This document shows positions 17,982 to 27,928 of a DNA stretch of 64,000 bases, piece by piece. Position numbers and translations under genes: made by a program. Origin of the DNA: a virus; IMG/VR virus record IMGVR_UViG_3300025327_000027, positions 3,314 to 67,313 of that record, one strand, 5' to 3'. Below the pieces are notes generated by a model, which did no database searches, was not told the origin of the DNA, and worked only from the letters and a program-made list of their open reading frames with translations. The stretch's first letter is position 1, and each line of letters starts with the position of its first letter.

Positions 17982-20900
17982 TGGCTGCTTCGACCCCATT
18001 TCAGCAAAGAGTCTCTAATGGACAGCTAACGTCCTTGGATAACCTGCCCCACATGGACCCCGCTATTGGTACAGCTATTGCATCTTATTCAAATTCAATC
18101 AATTCGAACAGACAGAGCTACCGTTGGCTACAGGCTCTCGTGTGGATCGAGAATATCCTCTTCGGCCTAGGTCGGCAGTGGAACTCAGACATCTTGCACA
18201 GCCGCCTGTCTCGCAACACCGACACAGGCGATCTGGCTGTCATTTCCAACGTCTCAAAGAAGATTCCTCAACCGACCAACGATTTCGTGGGTCGCTACGT
18301 TGAGACCAACATCTCTCTCCTTACGGAGAACCGTCCACAGCCCCGCATCACTGCAAAGTCAGATGCGCGTGACGACAAGCAAAAGGCAGAGCTTTCTCAG
18401 CTTGTACTGGACTACCTATGGGAAGAGCACAATCTTCCAGAGAAACATCGTGAAGCGGCCCGCTTGATCCTTTACTGCGGAATCGCTTTTATGGAGATTT
18501 GCTACGATCCAACCGAGATCCGGCACCTTGCTGTCCAGCAGACTGAGACTGAGCAGACAACTGCTATTCCCGGTCCTGATGGTCAACCCATCATGCTACC
18601 CGTACCTCGCCAAGTTCCAGTGATCGATCCTAAGACTGGCGCGCCCAAGATAATTGGCGAGCTTGAGTACGGCGATATCGCATGCAAGCTTGTGGGCCCA
18701 TTCGAACTTCACTTCCCACAAGTTCACTCGTGGGATGATATCGATTGGGTCATGAAGGAAGCGTTTCTTCCAACACAGACCCTAAAGGACCGATTACAGG
18801 CGGAAGGACTGAAGAAGGTTTGCGTAAAGAAGAACGGTTGGGATCTTGAGGTTCTCAAAAGCCTTGGTGCATTCAACGTACAGACACTTCCCCTTTGGTG
18901 GTGGGAGCGCCTGACTACGGCTATTGAAGGGCCTGGCCCGAACATCTACGTAGGTAATCCTGAGCTATGGGACGACCACGCAGTGATGCGCACATTTGAT
19001 CGCAAGCCGTGCCCAATGTGGCCAAACGGTCGTACGATCATCACGGTCAACGATCGAGTGCTCTACGATTCCCCCAAGGACGTAGGTGCGCGTGCGTATG
19101 ATCCACGCTGGCCACATCGTTGGCACCCATATGTTCGCTTCCGTTGGGAAGCCCAATGTGGATCGATCCTTGGTCGTTCATTGGTAAGCAAGTTGCTTCC
19201 CAAGATCAAGCGCATCAACGCAATCGATACCGCTCTCATCATGTGGCGTAGAACTGTGCCAATGGCAGCTTGGGTCCTCCCGAAAGGGTCGAGCCCAATC
19301 GAGGATATACAGACTGGCCGTGCAGGCGTATTCTTCGAGTACGATCCTCGCAAGACCATGGGTGCTGCACCGCAACCGGTACCTCCAACGCCATTCCCTG
19401 CCGCATGTCTTGAAGAGCGAGAGTTCTGCAAATCTGAAATGGAAGCTATGGCGGGGACTGAGGAGGTACTTCGTGGTCAGCGCCCTGAAGGTGTGAATTG
19501 TTGGACAGAAGAAGGTGAACTAACTAATTCAAATGGTGTACCTGTTTTAGTTAAGGACATAAAAGTTGGTGATGAACATATCGCACTAACCGGTCCTGGT
19601 CCTATTGGAGCTTGCCATAAAAATTACTATAATGGTAATATGAAAACCATTAATTCTTACGGAAATTTACCTGTAACTGTAACAGAAAACCACAAATTTC
19701 CTGTTCTTGTTGGAACAAAAATCATACAGAAAAAAGCATCAGAACTTAAAATTAAGGATTTACTATTAGCGGGTTATTTTAGGTATAGAGATGGAATTGA
19801 AAAACTTGATATTAATGCCTATATAACTGGACCGGAGAAAATAGGAGGAGAAAAGCACGGTAGAACAACTATTACCAATAATCAAGCAAATGAAATTAGA
19901 AGTAAATTAAGTAACGGAGAATTAGGCCAAAATTTAGCTAAAGAATATAAAATTAGCATAGCTGCTATCTCCAGAATTAAAAACAATAAGTCTTTTAAAT
20001 TAAATCCTAAAACTAAACAAGTCCCATTTAAGCCTATTATAGATTTGAATGAAGATGTTTTATGGTTATTTGGAATGTATCTAGCGAAAGGCATGGTCGC
20101 ATATGCAAAGAAAGAAAACAAAGTAACAGAAGTCAGATGGACTTTACATACTAAAGAAAAAAACTTAGCTGACAAACTTGTTTGTATATTAAAAAATGAT
20201 TTTGGATTAAAATCTACTATTCGATACAGAAAAACAGCAAAGGCTATGGATGTTTGTGTATCTAATAGGATGTTTGCTAGATTAATGTTATCCCTCTTTA
20301 ATACAGGCGCATTAATTAAGCATATTCATCCGGATCTTTTCCGTACTATAAAATCTTTATTACCTCTAGTAGCAGGTTGGTTTGACGGTGACGGTAGCAA
20401 AGACGGTAATACTTTAAAAGGAAGCACTATATCTAAGAATATTGCATCTCAAATGAGAAGTATTTTACTCGATGAAAAAATTTATTGTACAATTAATAAA
20501 GTAAAAACTCAAAATAATAGAATTGCAAGATATCCTCAGTATTGTCTACGGACTAGTGCTAGCGATGCTGATCATTTGATTCAATACAGCAATCGATTTA
20601 TAGGTTCTGATTTTAAATGTGCATCTAATAATCAAGGTCGTCGTGGTTTTTGGTTTGGTAATTTTTATGCTTCGTATGTCTGTCAAATTAATGATATGCA
20701 ATATGATGGTTATATTTACAATGTAACTATGGATGAAAGGGTAAAAGAAGGTAAAAATACGGGCCAAATCGATGCAATTGATTCGCATAACTCCGTGAAT
20801 TCATTCGGGTTATTTACCTTCCAGAGCGCAATAATGCTAGACGTTCTCCGCAAGCAGGCCCTTAGCTCACGATCTGCCATCCTCCAAGCTTGGGACGAGA

Positions 20901-21511
20901 GTCTCCAAGTTGAGGGTAGCAGCTTGCTCATGGAAGTCATCAAGCACGTCAAGAACGATCCTCGTTACCTTGAGCGCCTGAAGATCCTAAGCCGAGAGAA
21001 GGCAAGCCGATTCACAATCGACAGCTTTTCTGGTGCAGACCTTTCAGACAACGTAATTGTCAAGGTGGATACTGCATCCCAGGCAATGGGCTCCCGCGAA
21101 GCAAAGCAGGCCCGAGCAATCGAAATCATGCAGTACGCACCTGGTCTCATCCAACTTCCGATCACACTGCAAGAGAAGCTTGTTGAGGATCTCGGTTGGC
21201 CAGACACGATGCAACCAAAGGGCCAGGACATCATCCGCGCAAAGAACATCCTCAGCTACATTAAGAACAACCGGTTCGACCTGGCTGTTCCATTCCCTGA
21301 GGACGATCCTTACGTCATCCACGATCTCCTTGTTGAGGAGCTTAAGGGTGATAGCTTCGTGGATCTCCCACTGGAGCAGCAGAAGAAGATCATCGAACTC
21401 ATCGAAGAGTACCAGCGCGAGATCGAGCGCGTCGAGAGGGCGCAATTGAAGATGCAAGCCGAGATGGCTGCAATGCAAGCCGAGATGGCTGCCCCTCCTG
21501 AGGGTAGCTAG
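17981..21511 (+). CDS. Portal protein containing an intein
   Basis: Position, size (about 734 aa spliced), GRSLV and SG/AG-type portal segments, Q/E-rich C-terminal barrel. Confidence 0.85.
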   Translation: MAASTPFQQRVSNGQLTSLDNLPHMDPAIGTAIASYSNSINSNRQSYRWLQALVWIENILFGLGRQWNSDILHSRLSRNTDTGDLAVISNVSKKIPQPTNDFVGRYVETNISLLTENRPQPRITAKSDARDDKQKAELSQLVLDYLWEEHNLPEKHREAARLILYCGIAFMEICYDPTEIRHLAVQQTETEQTTAIPGPDGQPIMLPVPRQVPVIDPKTGAPKIIGELEYGDIACKLVGPFELHFPQVHSWDDIDWVMKEAFLPTQTLKDRLQAEGLKKVCVKKNGWDLEVLKSLGAFNVQTLPLWWWERLTTAIEGPGPNIYVGNPELWDDHAVMRTFDRKPCPMWPNGRTIITVNDRVLYDSPKDVGARAYDPRWPHRWHPYVRFRWEAQCGSILGRSLVSKLLPKIKRINAIDTALIMWRRTVPMAAWVLPKGSSPIEDIQTGRAGVFFEYDPRKTMGAAPQPVPPTPFPAACLEEREFCKSEMEAMAGTEEVLRGQRPEGVNCWTEEGELTNSNGVPVLVKDIKVGDEHIALTGPGPIGACHKNYYNGNMKTINSYGNLPVTVTENHKFPVLVGTKIIQKKASELKIKDLLLAGYFRYRDGIEKLDINAYITGPEKIGGEKHGRTTITNNQANEIRSKLSNGELGQNLAKEYKISIAAISRIKNNKSFKLNPKTKQVPFKPIIDLNEDVLWLFGMYLAKGMVAYAKKENKVTEVRWTLHTKEKNLADKLVCILKNDFGLKSTIRYRKTAKAMDVCVSNRMFARLMLSLFNTGALIKHIHPDLFRTIKSLLPLVAGWFDGDGSKDGNTLKGSTISKNIASQMRSILLDEKIYCTINKVKTQNNRIARYPQYCLRTSASDADHLIQYSNRFIGSDFKCASNNQGRRGFWFGNFYASYVCQINDMQYDGYIYNVTMDERVKEGKNTGQIDAIDSHNSVNSFGLFTFQSAIMLDVLRKQALSSRSAILQAWDESLQVEGSSLLMEVIKHVKNDPRYLERLKILSREKASRFTIDSFSGADLSDNVIVKVDTASQAMGSREAKQARAIEIMQYAPGLIQLPITLQEKLVEDLGWPDTMQPKGQDIIRAKNILSYIKNNRFDLAVPFPEDDPYVIHDLLVEELKGDSFVDLPLEQQKKIIELIEEYQREIERVERAQLKMQAEMAAMQAEMAAPPEGS
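19499..20824 (+). mobile_element. Intein (442 aa) in portal with C-terminal Gln and an HTH insert
   Basis: N|CWTEEG start, VTENH block B, GWFDGDG, ends FTFQ|S; strongly AT-rich. Confidence 0.85.
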
Positions 21512-21513
21512 TA

Positions 21514-21903
21514 ATGAGACCGTGTGTTAAATGTGGATCTATTGATCGTTACAAAAAAAGTAATGCTTGTCGTCCTTGCAATATTGTCTTGTTAGCAAAA
21601 CATCGAAAAGAAAATCCAAATTACGATAAAAAATGGCGGAAAAAAAATCCAGAAGTCAAATTGTCCATTAACCGAAGATCTCGATATGGATTGACTCAAG
21701 ATCAATACATTCAAATGTTTAATGATCAAAACGGTAAATGTAAAATTTGCAAAACAAAGTCTATTAGAGATGTAGATCATTGTCATAAAACAGGTAAAAT
21801 TCGTGGTCTACTTTGTCAAAGATGCAATCTAATGCTTGGTTATGCTCTAGATGATCCAGAAATCTTAAGATTAGGCGCGGAATATCTTGAGGAGAAAGAA
21901 TAA
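21514..21903 (+). CDS. Endonuclease VII-family homing endonuclease
   Basis: CKIC, VDHCHKTGKIRGLLCQRCN. Confidence 0.88.
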   Translation: MRPCVKCGSIDRYKKSNACRPCNIVLLAKHRKENPNYDKKWRKKNPEVKLSINRRSRYGLTQDQYIQMFNDQNGKCKICKTKSIRDVDHCHKTGKIRGLLCQRCNLMLGYALDDPEILRLGAEYLEEKE

Positions 21904-22146
21904 ATGGCTCTACGAGATAAAGCACAGAAAGCAGCGGGTTCCGGTTCACTACGAGCAGCAGTCAAGAAGGCTACTGCTGGTACCGAGGCTCCATCGCTGA
22001 AACACCCTACACTTGATAGCCCTGAGTCATCCCAGCGGCAGACATATATTCCGCCTATGCCTAAAGATCGTTTCCAATTTTTGAGGGATTTTTCTATGAA
22101 ACCCGGTCTCCGCAATAAAGCCAGCGGCGAAAATACTAACAGATAA
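21904..22146 (+). CDS. Small basic protein
   Basis: 80 aa, K/R/A/P-rich, GAGGAG RBS inside the upstream gene. Confidence 0.65.
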   Translation: MALRDKAQKAAGSGSLRAAVKKATAGTEAPSLKHPTLDSPESSQRQTYIPPMPKDRFQFLRDFSMKPGLRNKASGENTNR

Positions 22147-22155
22147 TTGATTTCT

Positions 22156-22340
22156 GTCACAGACTCCGGACACCGTCCGGAGCGTGCGAGACACGGAGTG
22201 CTAATCCGCCCCTCCGCACCGTAAGCCGTGACTAGCCATTTTGCTGAACTTACTGGACGTGGCAGTCCCAAGCATCTTCGCTGCGCTACCCTAACAGCGA
22301 TGCCCTGCGTAAGTCAGCGGCGAAGGGGCGTACAAAGGAG
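22156..22340 (+). ncRNA. omegaRNA (HEARO-like) scaffold
   Basis: GTCAC(22156) pairs with GTGAC-TAGCC(22227); GGCGAAGGGG near the 3' end; lies directly upstream of a PLMP protein. Confidence 0.75.
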
Positions 22341-22348
22341 CACTTACC

Positions 22349-23377
22349 GTGCATTTCGTCCCAGTAGTAGATAAAGAGCAAAAACCTCTCATGCCCACCA
22401 CGGCTAATCGTGCAGCCACTTGGATAAAGTCAGGCAAGGCTACTCCCTTTTGGAAGCGGGGTATTTTCTGTGTCCGCCTCAACCAAGAGCCTTCCGCTCG
22501 CCAACGCCAGGAAATAGCCGTAGGCATCGACCCTGGTAGCAAAAAAGAGGGCTTCACCGCGAAGTCCGAAAGCCACACCTACCTCAACCTGCAAGCCGAT
22601 GCCGTCACTTGGGTAAAGGCTGCGGTAGAAACTCGTAGGAATCTGCGGCGCGCCCGCCGCAATCGGAACACTCCTTGCCGCAAACCCCGTTTCAACCGCG
22701 CCAGGGGAGGACTATCTCCCAGCACCAAAGCCCGTTGGCAATGGAAACTTCGTCTCTGTAAATGGCTGTCCCAAATGTATCCTATCACGCAGTTCGTGGT
22801 GGAAGACATTTGTGCCAGAACCAAGAAAGGACAGCGACGGTGGAATGTTTCTTTCGGCCCCTTGGAAGTAGGTAAGCATTGGTTCGAGGGAGAACTCAAG
22901 AAGTTAGCGCCTGTGCTTTTGGTTCCGGGCTACGAAACTTTCGAAATGCGACGCGCAGCAGGACTCAAGAAGAGCAAGCAAAAAATGTCCGAAGTCTTTG
23001 CCGCGCACTGTGTAGATTCCTGGGTTCTCGCCAACCATTGGACAGGAGGGCACATCAAGCCGGATAGCGAACAGATGCTTCTGATAACGCCCTTGCGCTT
23101 TCACCGCCGCCAACTCCACGTTCAGAACTTCAAAGACGGTAAGAGAAAACTCTACGGTGGAACCAGAAGTCAAGGTTTCAAAAGAGGTTCCCTGGTAAAG
23201 CACCCAAAGTATGGGCTTTGCTACATCGGGGGAACCCAAAAATCCAGAGTTAGCCTGCATAGTCTTCAGGACGGCAAGAGGCTGGGCCTCAATGCCAAGC
23301 CAGAGGACATTCAGTTCCTAACTCACAACACCTGGAGGCTGCGAGCACCACTCTCGGTTTCCGTCGCAGAAGAATAG
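22349..23377 (+). CDS. isrB: IsrB RNA-guided nickase (IscB-like, HNH-less)
   Basis: PLMP, RuvC-I GIDPG, Arg-rich bridge helix, RuvC-II VVED, RuvC-III HCVD; 342 aa and no HNH insert. Confidence 0.88.
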   Translation: MHFVPVVDKEQKPLMPTTANRAATWIKSGKATPFWKRGIFCVRLNQEPSARQRQEIAVGIDPGSKKEGFTAKSESHTYLNLQADAVTWVKAAVETRRNLRRARRNRNTPCRKPRFNRARGGLSPSTKARWQWKLRLCKWLSQMYPITQFVVEDICARTKKGQRRWNVSFGPLEVGKHWFEGELKKLAPVLLVPGYETFEMRRAAGLKKSKQKMSEVFAAHCVDSWVLANHWTGGHIKPDSEQMLLITPLRFHRRQLHVQNFKDGKRKLYGGTRSQGFKRGSLVKHPKYGLCYIGGTQKSRVSLHSLQDGKRLGLNAKPEDIQFLTHNTWRLRAPLSVSVAEE

Positions 23378-23818
23378 ATGATTACCGATGAACAAGTTTC
23401 TCTATTAAATTATTGGCCTAAATTTGAACCGGCTATTCGTAACTGGTATAGCGAGGGAACGGCAGGACTTGGGGACATCATCAAAACACAGCAAATCGCA
23501 ATCGATTCTCTTCCGGATGCGTCTCCTCCAATAAACATTGGAACGGGAGCTGATGGATCAACGCCATACACAACTATATCTGCAAACACCACTTTCACCT
23601 TGACAATCATGGTTTCCCAAGCCTTTTCAGCGGGAGCCACATTGACTATCGGATCAATTTCAGACCCTTCCCTGGTAGTCGGAATTAACGATTCAGACCT
23701 GACCATAGTAGGAAACTACGTCATTGGAGGTCAACTTTTTAATACCGACACAGAATTATTCACATATCTAAACAGTAACTTGTCGCCCACGGGCGCGATT
23801 ACTATCATGAAGGCATAA
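23378..23818 (+). CDS. Virion structural protein (beta-rich)
   Basis: VSQAFSAGATLTIG segment resembles the C-terminus of 23818-24699. Confidence 0.65.
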   Translation: MITDEQVSLLNYWPKFEPAIRNWYSEGTAGLGDIIKTQQIAIDSLPDASPPINIGTGADGSTPYTTISANTTFTLTIMVSQAFSAGATLTIGSISDPSLVVGINDSDLTIVGNYVIGGQLFNTDTELFTYLNSNLSPTGAITIMKA

Positions 23819-24699
23819 TGGCAGACATCAAGAACTTTGGCATCAAAGGAGTTGGAAACGACGTACAACTCGGTAAATCAAATCCGAGGGTTATCGTTAC
23901 AGGCTCAGATGTAACGTTTCGAAATTCAACAGATACAGCATATGTCAATGCTTCAGGTTTAGATCCCACAACAGCCCAGCATTTTGCAACTAAAGCTTAT
24001 GTAGATGCGGTAGCCACTGGCCTAGATGTAAAGGGTTCAGTTCGAGTCAAGACAACCGCTAACGTTACTTTAGCCGGTGGAGCCCCTAATACGATAGATG
24101 GCATTTCTCTTGCTACTAACGATCGCATTTTAGTTGCCAATCAGACCACAGGATCACAGAATGGCATCTATACTGTAACGACTTTAGGTACTGGAGCAAA
24201 CGGCACATGGACCAGAGCTACTGATGCAGATTCAAGCACCGAGGTTACGGCTGGCATGTTTACCTTTGTTGAAGAAGGGTCTCTTGCTGCTGACTCTGGT
24301 TGGGTATTAACTACAAACAATCCAATTACTCTAGGCACTACTGCTCTGTCGTTCTCGCAGTTCTCTTCAGGTGCAGGATCACAAGATCCGTTGTATAGGC
24401 AGCAGGCTTTGACTACAACTGCATCACAGAACATTGGAACATCAGTTCCCGCCAATGCTAAAGTGCAAGGTGTTAAACTAACTGTTTCTACTCCATATAG
24501 TGCAGGAGGTACTATTGCTATTGGAGATGGCACAAACACATACATGACAACGGCGGAAAATGATGCTCAAATCGCTGGAACATACGTTGTTGAGTTGCTA
24601 ACCACTACTGTAGTCGCTGCTGTGCAATTGGTTGCGACTATTGGTGGTTCACCTGCTGCTGGCGTTGCAACTGTTCATGTAGATTACGTAATCAATTAA
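23818..24699 (+). CDS. Head/tail fibre-like protein
   Basis: ATKAYVD, GLDVKGSVRV, DRILVxNQTxxSQNGIY, WTRATDAD: a common phage fibre domain. Confidence 0.8.
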   Translation: MADIKNFGIKGVGNDVQLGKSNPRVIVTGSDVTFRNSTDTAYVNASGLDPTTAQHFATKAYVDAVATGLDVKGSVRVKTTANVTLAGGAPNTIDGISLATNDRILVANQTTGSQNGIYTVTTLGTGANGTWTRATDADSSTEVTAGMFTFVEEGSLAADSGWVLTTNNPITLGTTALSFSQFSSGAGSQDPLYRQQALTTTASQNIGTSVPANAKVQGVKLTVSTPYSAGGTIAIGDGTNTYMTTAENDAQIAGTYVVELLTTTVVAAVQLVATIGGSPAAGVATVHVDYVIN

Positions 24700-25028
24700 T
24701 GGAAATCAAGAATTTTGACATATCTGGAGTTAGTTCAAATCTGCAATTAGGTAAAGTAGGATTTCGTCTTAAAGTAAACGGAACCGGGATTGAAGCCAAA
24801 GACGCATCCGATTTGGAGCTGGTCAATTTAAGCATTCTTAGTCCTACTTCGGACAATCACGCCGCAACCCGAGCTTACGTTGATGCAGGAGATTCTATTG
24901 CCAAAACTTATGCTCCAGGAACCTTCACACTTGCAACCGAACAATTCGCGATATTTTCACGCCATCTAAAATTAACAACCACTCAACGTGCAGAGATTCA
25001 AGGAACATCCACACTTAGGATTACGTAA
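24699..25028 (+). CDS. Small fibre-associated protein, paralogous to the N-terminus of 23818
   Basis: IKNFxIxGVxxxxQLGK and ATRAYVD shared. Confidence 0.7.
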   Translation: MEIKNFDISGVSSNLQLGKVGFRLKVNGTGIEAKDASDLELVNLSILSPTSDNHAATRAYVDAGDSIAKTYAPGTFTLATEQFAIFSRHLKLTTTQRAEIQGTSTLRIT

Positions 25029-25666
25029 TGGCCGACATACTACTTGATGAGCAAAGTACACCGGTAACCCCGCCTAGCGGATCTGGAGTAATCTATATAG
25101 ATTCTACATCTAGTTCATTGCGGGTAGTTAATGATGCTGGAACTATTAGGGAACTTAGACCACCAATCTACAACTTCTCTACTGCTGCGCAAGTCCTTCC
25201 AGCAGTGGTACGAACTTACCTTATAGGGTCATCCCTTATTATTCCTGCGGAGAAGATGAAAATTGGATCATGTTTTAGATGGAAATTCAACATCACAAAA
25301 ACGGCTGCGGGTACGGCAACTTCTGTCTATGATGTAGCCGTTGGTACTACGGGGACAACAGCCGACACGGCTAGATTATTATTTACAAAACCAGCAGGTA
25401 CAGCCGTCGTAGATACAGGTTTGATTGATATAAATGTGATTTGTCGTGGTCCATTATCAACATCAGGTGTGTTAGCAGGGAGCTTTAGACTAAATCACAA
25501 TTTATCCACAACCGGCCATGCAACTACTCCTAGCGTAGTTGTAAGTACTATATCGGCGGCTTTTGATGTTACGGTCGCAAATCTAATCGTAGGCATCTGT
25601 GCCATAACGGGTACCTCAGATGCCATCACAATTCAAATGGTCCAGGCAGAATGCTGGAACATCTAA
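25028..25666 (+). CDS. Thr-rich structural protein
   Basis: 212 aa, TPPSGSGVIY motif, coupled to the upstream gene. Confidence 0.7.
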   Translation: MADILLDEQSTPVTPPSGSGVIYIDSTSSSLRVVNDAGTIRELRPPIYNFSTAAQVLPAVVRTYLIGSSLIIPAEKMKIGSCFRWKFNITKTAAGTATSVYDVAVGTTGTTADTARLLFTKPAGTAVVDTGLIDINVICRGPLSTSGVLAGSFRLNHNLSTTGHATTPSVVVSTISAAFDVTVANLIVGICAITGTSDAITIQMVQAECWNI

Positions 25667-25676
25667 GGAGTTAATC

Positions 25677-25748
25677 ATGTCATCCTACATTCAAGACTGC
25701 CCGATGAGCATCAATGGCGCATCTACGGTCTCCGGTTGTCGGTCTTAA
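25677..25748 (+). CDS. Possible 23-aa peptide MSSYIQDCPMSINGASTVSGCRS
   Basis: AAGGAG RBS; TAATG coupling to the next gene. Confidence 0.4.
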   Translation: MSSYIQDCPMSINGASTVSGCRS

Positions 25749-26506
25749 TGGCTAAGGCACAAAAAGATCCTGCACGTAGTGTGCCTAGTTCACACCGCGT
25801 AAGCCCTATCCGCACCCAAACGATCAATACGCTTGGTGTGCAACGGGTAGGCTTTTGGGCCGATTGGGCACAGCGCTACAAGTCTGCCAAGGGACCAGAA
25901 GGATCGCCTGCCGGGACGTTCACCAACAAGATGCTTGATCCGGTCAAGCCTTTGCCGACTACCAAGGTAGCTTTGCACCCTGACGAGTATAAGCCTGATG
26001 CCGTGAAGCCATACAGGGCTACGCCATCTTCACAGTCAGCACAACCTCAAGGTGGTCGTGCCAACTTGCCTCAGTTCGAGAAGGAAGTAACCTGGGGTCA
26101 GCTAGTCTCGCGTACGCGCAAAACCCCATTTCTCAGCACCAGTAATGAAGACTTCCAGACGATGGAAAGGAACTTCATGGATCACGATCTGGTCTACCAG
26201 ATGAACGCTGATCCGACCTTGTTCCTCAGTCAGGCACTCAAAAACTACTACCTGGACAAACAGAAGATGCAACAGAAAGCCTGGGCCAGCAATGCTACTA
26301 ACTTCGAGCAGATGACCGGCATGTTCTCCGCGATGAAGAAGAAGAACTCTCGCGTAGTAGGTCGATTCATCGCTCCAACCGAGAACCAGAAGCAGGCTAT
26401 AAAAGAGCAGCAGAACTATCAGAAAAGCGGTAAAGGCCCCAAGCCCATGAATGTTAAAATGGGAGGATATTACTCATCTCCTTTGTACCTATCTCCATTC
26501 GGATAA
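25748..26506 (+). CDS. Basic hypothetical protein
   Basis: Likely start ATG 25748 (MAKAQK). Confidence 0.7.
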   Translation: MAKAQKDPARSVPSSHRVSPIRTQTINTLGVQRVGFWADWAQRYKSAKGPEGSPAGTFTNKMLDPVKPLPTTKVALHPDEYKPDAVKPYRATPSSQSAQPQGGRANLPQFEKEVTWGQLVSRTRKTPFLSTSNEDFQTMERNFMDHDLVYQMNADPTLFLSQALKNYYLDKQKMQQKAWASNATNFEQMTGMFSAMKKKNSRVVGRFIAPTENQKQAIKEQQNYQKSGKGPKPMNVKMGGYYSSPLYLSPFG

Positions 26507-26513
26507 GCCTGAA

Positions 26514-26536
26514 TAAATAGGGTAGAATAACCGTAG
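26514..26536 (+). promoter_or_regulatory. Conserved phage promoter motif
   Basis: TAAATAGGGTAGAATAACCGTAG. Confidence 0.7.
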
Positions 26537-26544
26537 GATCAATA

Positions 26545-27885
26545 ATGCCCATCAAAAAACAATCGCTAAGACGCATGATTCAAGCGTCTAACTCGGCATC
26601 CCTGGATGTTCCGGCTCCTACACTTGCGCCTGAAATGGACCTCCACGCTCCCAATCCTGCAAGGGGCAGCGTAGCTCCCATGGCTGAAACCAACATTATC
26701 AGCTACGGCGAGCCATACGCTCCCCGCACGGATGTGGATACTCAGGTCATGGGCGACGATACACCTACCAAGGTTTTCACTGAACAAGACATGGCACGAG
26801 TTGCCAAGCCGCCGCGCAAACGTCTGACAGACAAGGAAGCACGAGCCCAGGCAGAACGAATTGAGAAGTCAACTCCTATTGAGGAGCGTTCATTACGCGC
26901 CAAGGCAGAAGCAACATTCAATCCAGGCAAGACTGTAAATCAGCTAGCCATGGAAGATGCCGAGCGCATCCTAGGCCGCAAGCCGATGACGCCTCCGGTA
27001 ACTGGTGCTATGGAAGGTCAGCCCGTTGCGCAGACCGTAGATCGACGTGGTTCTAATCTCGGCCGAGAAGCAGGAGAACGACGTGTAGCAGATGCAGCGC
27101 TCAAACGCGCAGTTCCACAATCGTCTTCAGAGCGATTCGCAGGTCGCATTGCGGCTGCTGACACTCAGGCAGCCTCAGCAAAGGCTGTAATCGCAACGCC
27201 AGTCGCCACAGAGGTGGGTACAGCGGCTACCGATTTTGCATCACGACTTGGTGGAGCACTAGGGCGCCGAGCGTACGGCGAAGCCGGCATGACCGTTGCG
27301 GGTGCGGCAGGCAAGGGCCTTCTAACAATGGCCAAGGGTTCTGTTCAGCCTCTCATTACAATGGGATCGAACATGGCCAAGTCGAACGCTGCAACCAAGG
27401 CAACACTAGAGGCGCTATCAACTAAGGGCATTGGAGCACGACTACTCAAGGGGGGTTGGGCACGAGGCGCAAACATTGCACGTATAGGTGCCGCAGGTAT
27501 CGGTGGCGTAGCGGGAATGGGCAAGCTTGGAGCTGGCGCATTAGCCGATCTGGCAGCCCTGGAGTTCGTAGTCCGCATGGGTCAGAAGTCCACATCAGAG
27601 CGCGCAGAGGCAGTAAGTTCGTTCCGCAGCCAGCTTGCAGACTACCAGAAACAAGGCTCTAAGTACGGTTTCGACGTGACGGGTCGAGAAGGCGGCGCCG
27701 CCAAGCTTCAACTGAAGGCGCTCGTAGGCGCTGATCCAAAGATCGAAGTCAAGGACAATCCAACATTGCGAGCCCGATACGAAGCGGAGAACAAAAAGCG
27801 AATCCGAGCACTTATTCGCAGTGGCGCAGTTCATCCTGTGGCAACTTCGAGACCCGTAATAAAAGGACGAAGCGATGAATATTAA
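26545..27885 (+). CDS. Ala/Gly-rich probable internal virion protein
   Basis: 446 aa, GxxG/A-rich stretch. Confidence 0.7.
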   Translation: MPIKKQSLRRMIQASNSASLDVPAPTLAPEMDLHAPNPARGSVAPMAETNIISYGEPYAPRTDVDTQVMGDDTPTKVFTEQDMARVAKPPRKRLTDKEARAQAERIEKSTPIEERSLRAKAEATFNPGKTVNQLAMEDAERILGRKPMTPPVTGAMEGQPVAQTVDRRGSNLGREAGERRVADAALKRAVPQSSSERFAGRIAAADTQAASAKAVIATPVATEVGTAATDFASRLGGALGRRAYGEAGMTVAGAAGKGLLTMAKGSVQPLITMGSNMAKSNAATKATLEALSTKGIGARLLKGGWARGANIARIGAAGIGGVAGMGKLGAGALADLAALEFVVRMGQKSTSERAEAVSSFRSQLADYQKQGSKYGFDVTGREGGAAKLQLKALVGADPKIEVKDNPTLRARYEAENKKRIRALIRSGAVHPVATSRPVIKGRSDEY

Positions 27886-27928
27886 AAACAATCCTTTGTA
27901 TTCTTCTTGATAAAATCAAACTAAGATA

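Larger units (their letters stand above)
22156..23377 (+). mobile_element. Non-autonomous IS200/IS605-superfamily OMEGA element (omegaRNA plus IsrB)
   Basis: Begins GTCAC with hairpin CTCCGGAC-ACC-GTCCGGAG, ends GGTTTCC...TAG immediately 5' of ATGA; no tnpA in the window. Confidence 0.75.

Noticed and set aside
22349-23377. IscB, Cas9 or TnpB call
   Set aside because: No HNH between RuvC-II and RuvC-III, no CRISPR array, and the PLMP N-terminus excludes TnpB; IsrB fits.
23375-23380. Readthrough fusion of IsrB to the next gene (TAG-ATG in frame)
   Set aside because: Better explained by insertion 5' of an ATGA TAM; no support for a fusion.
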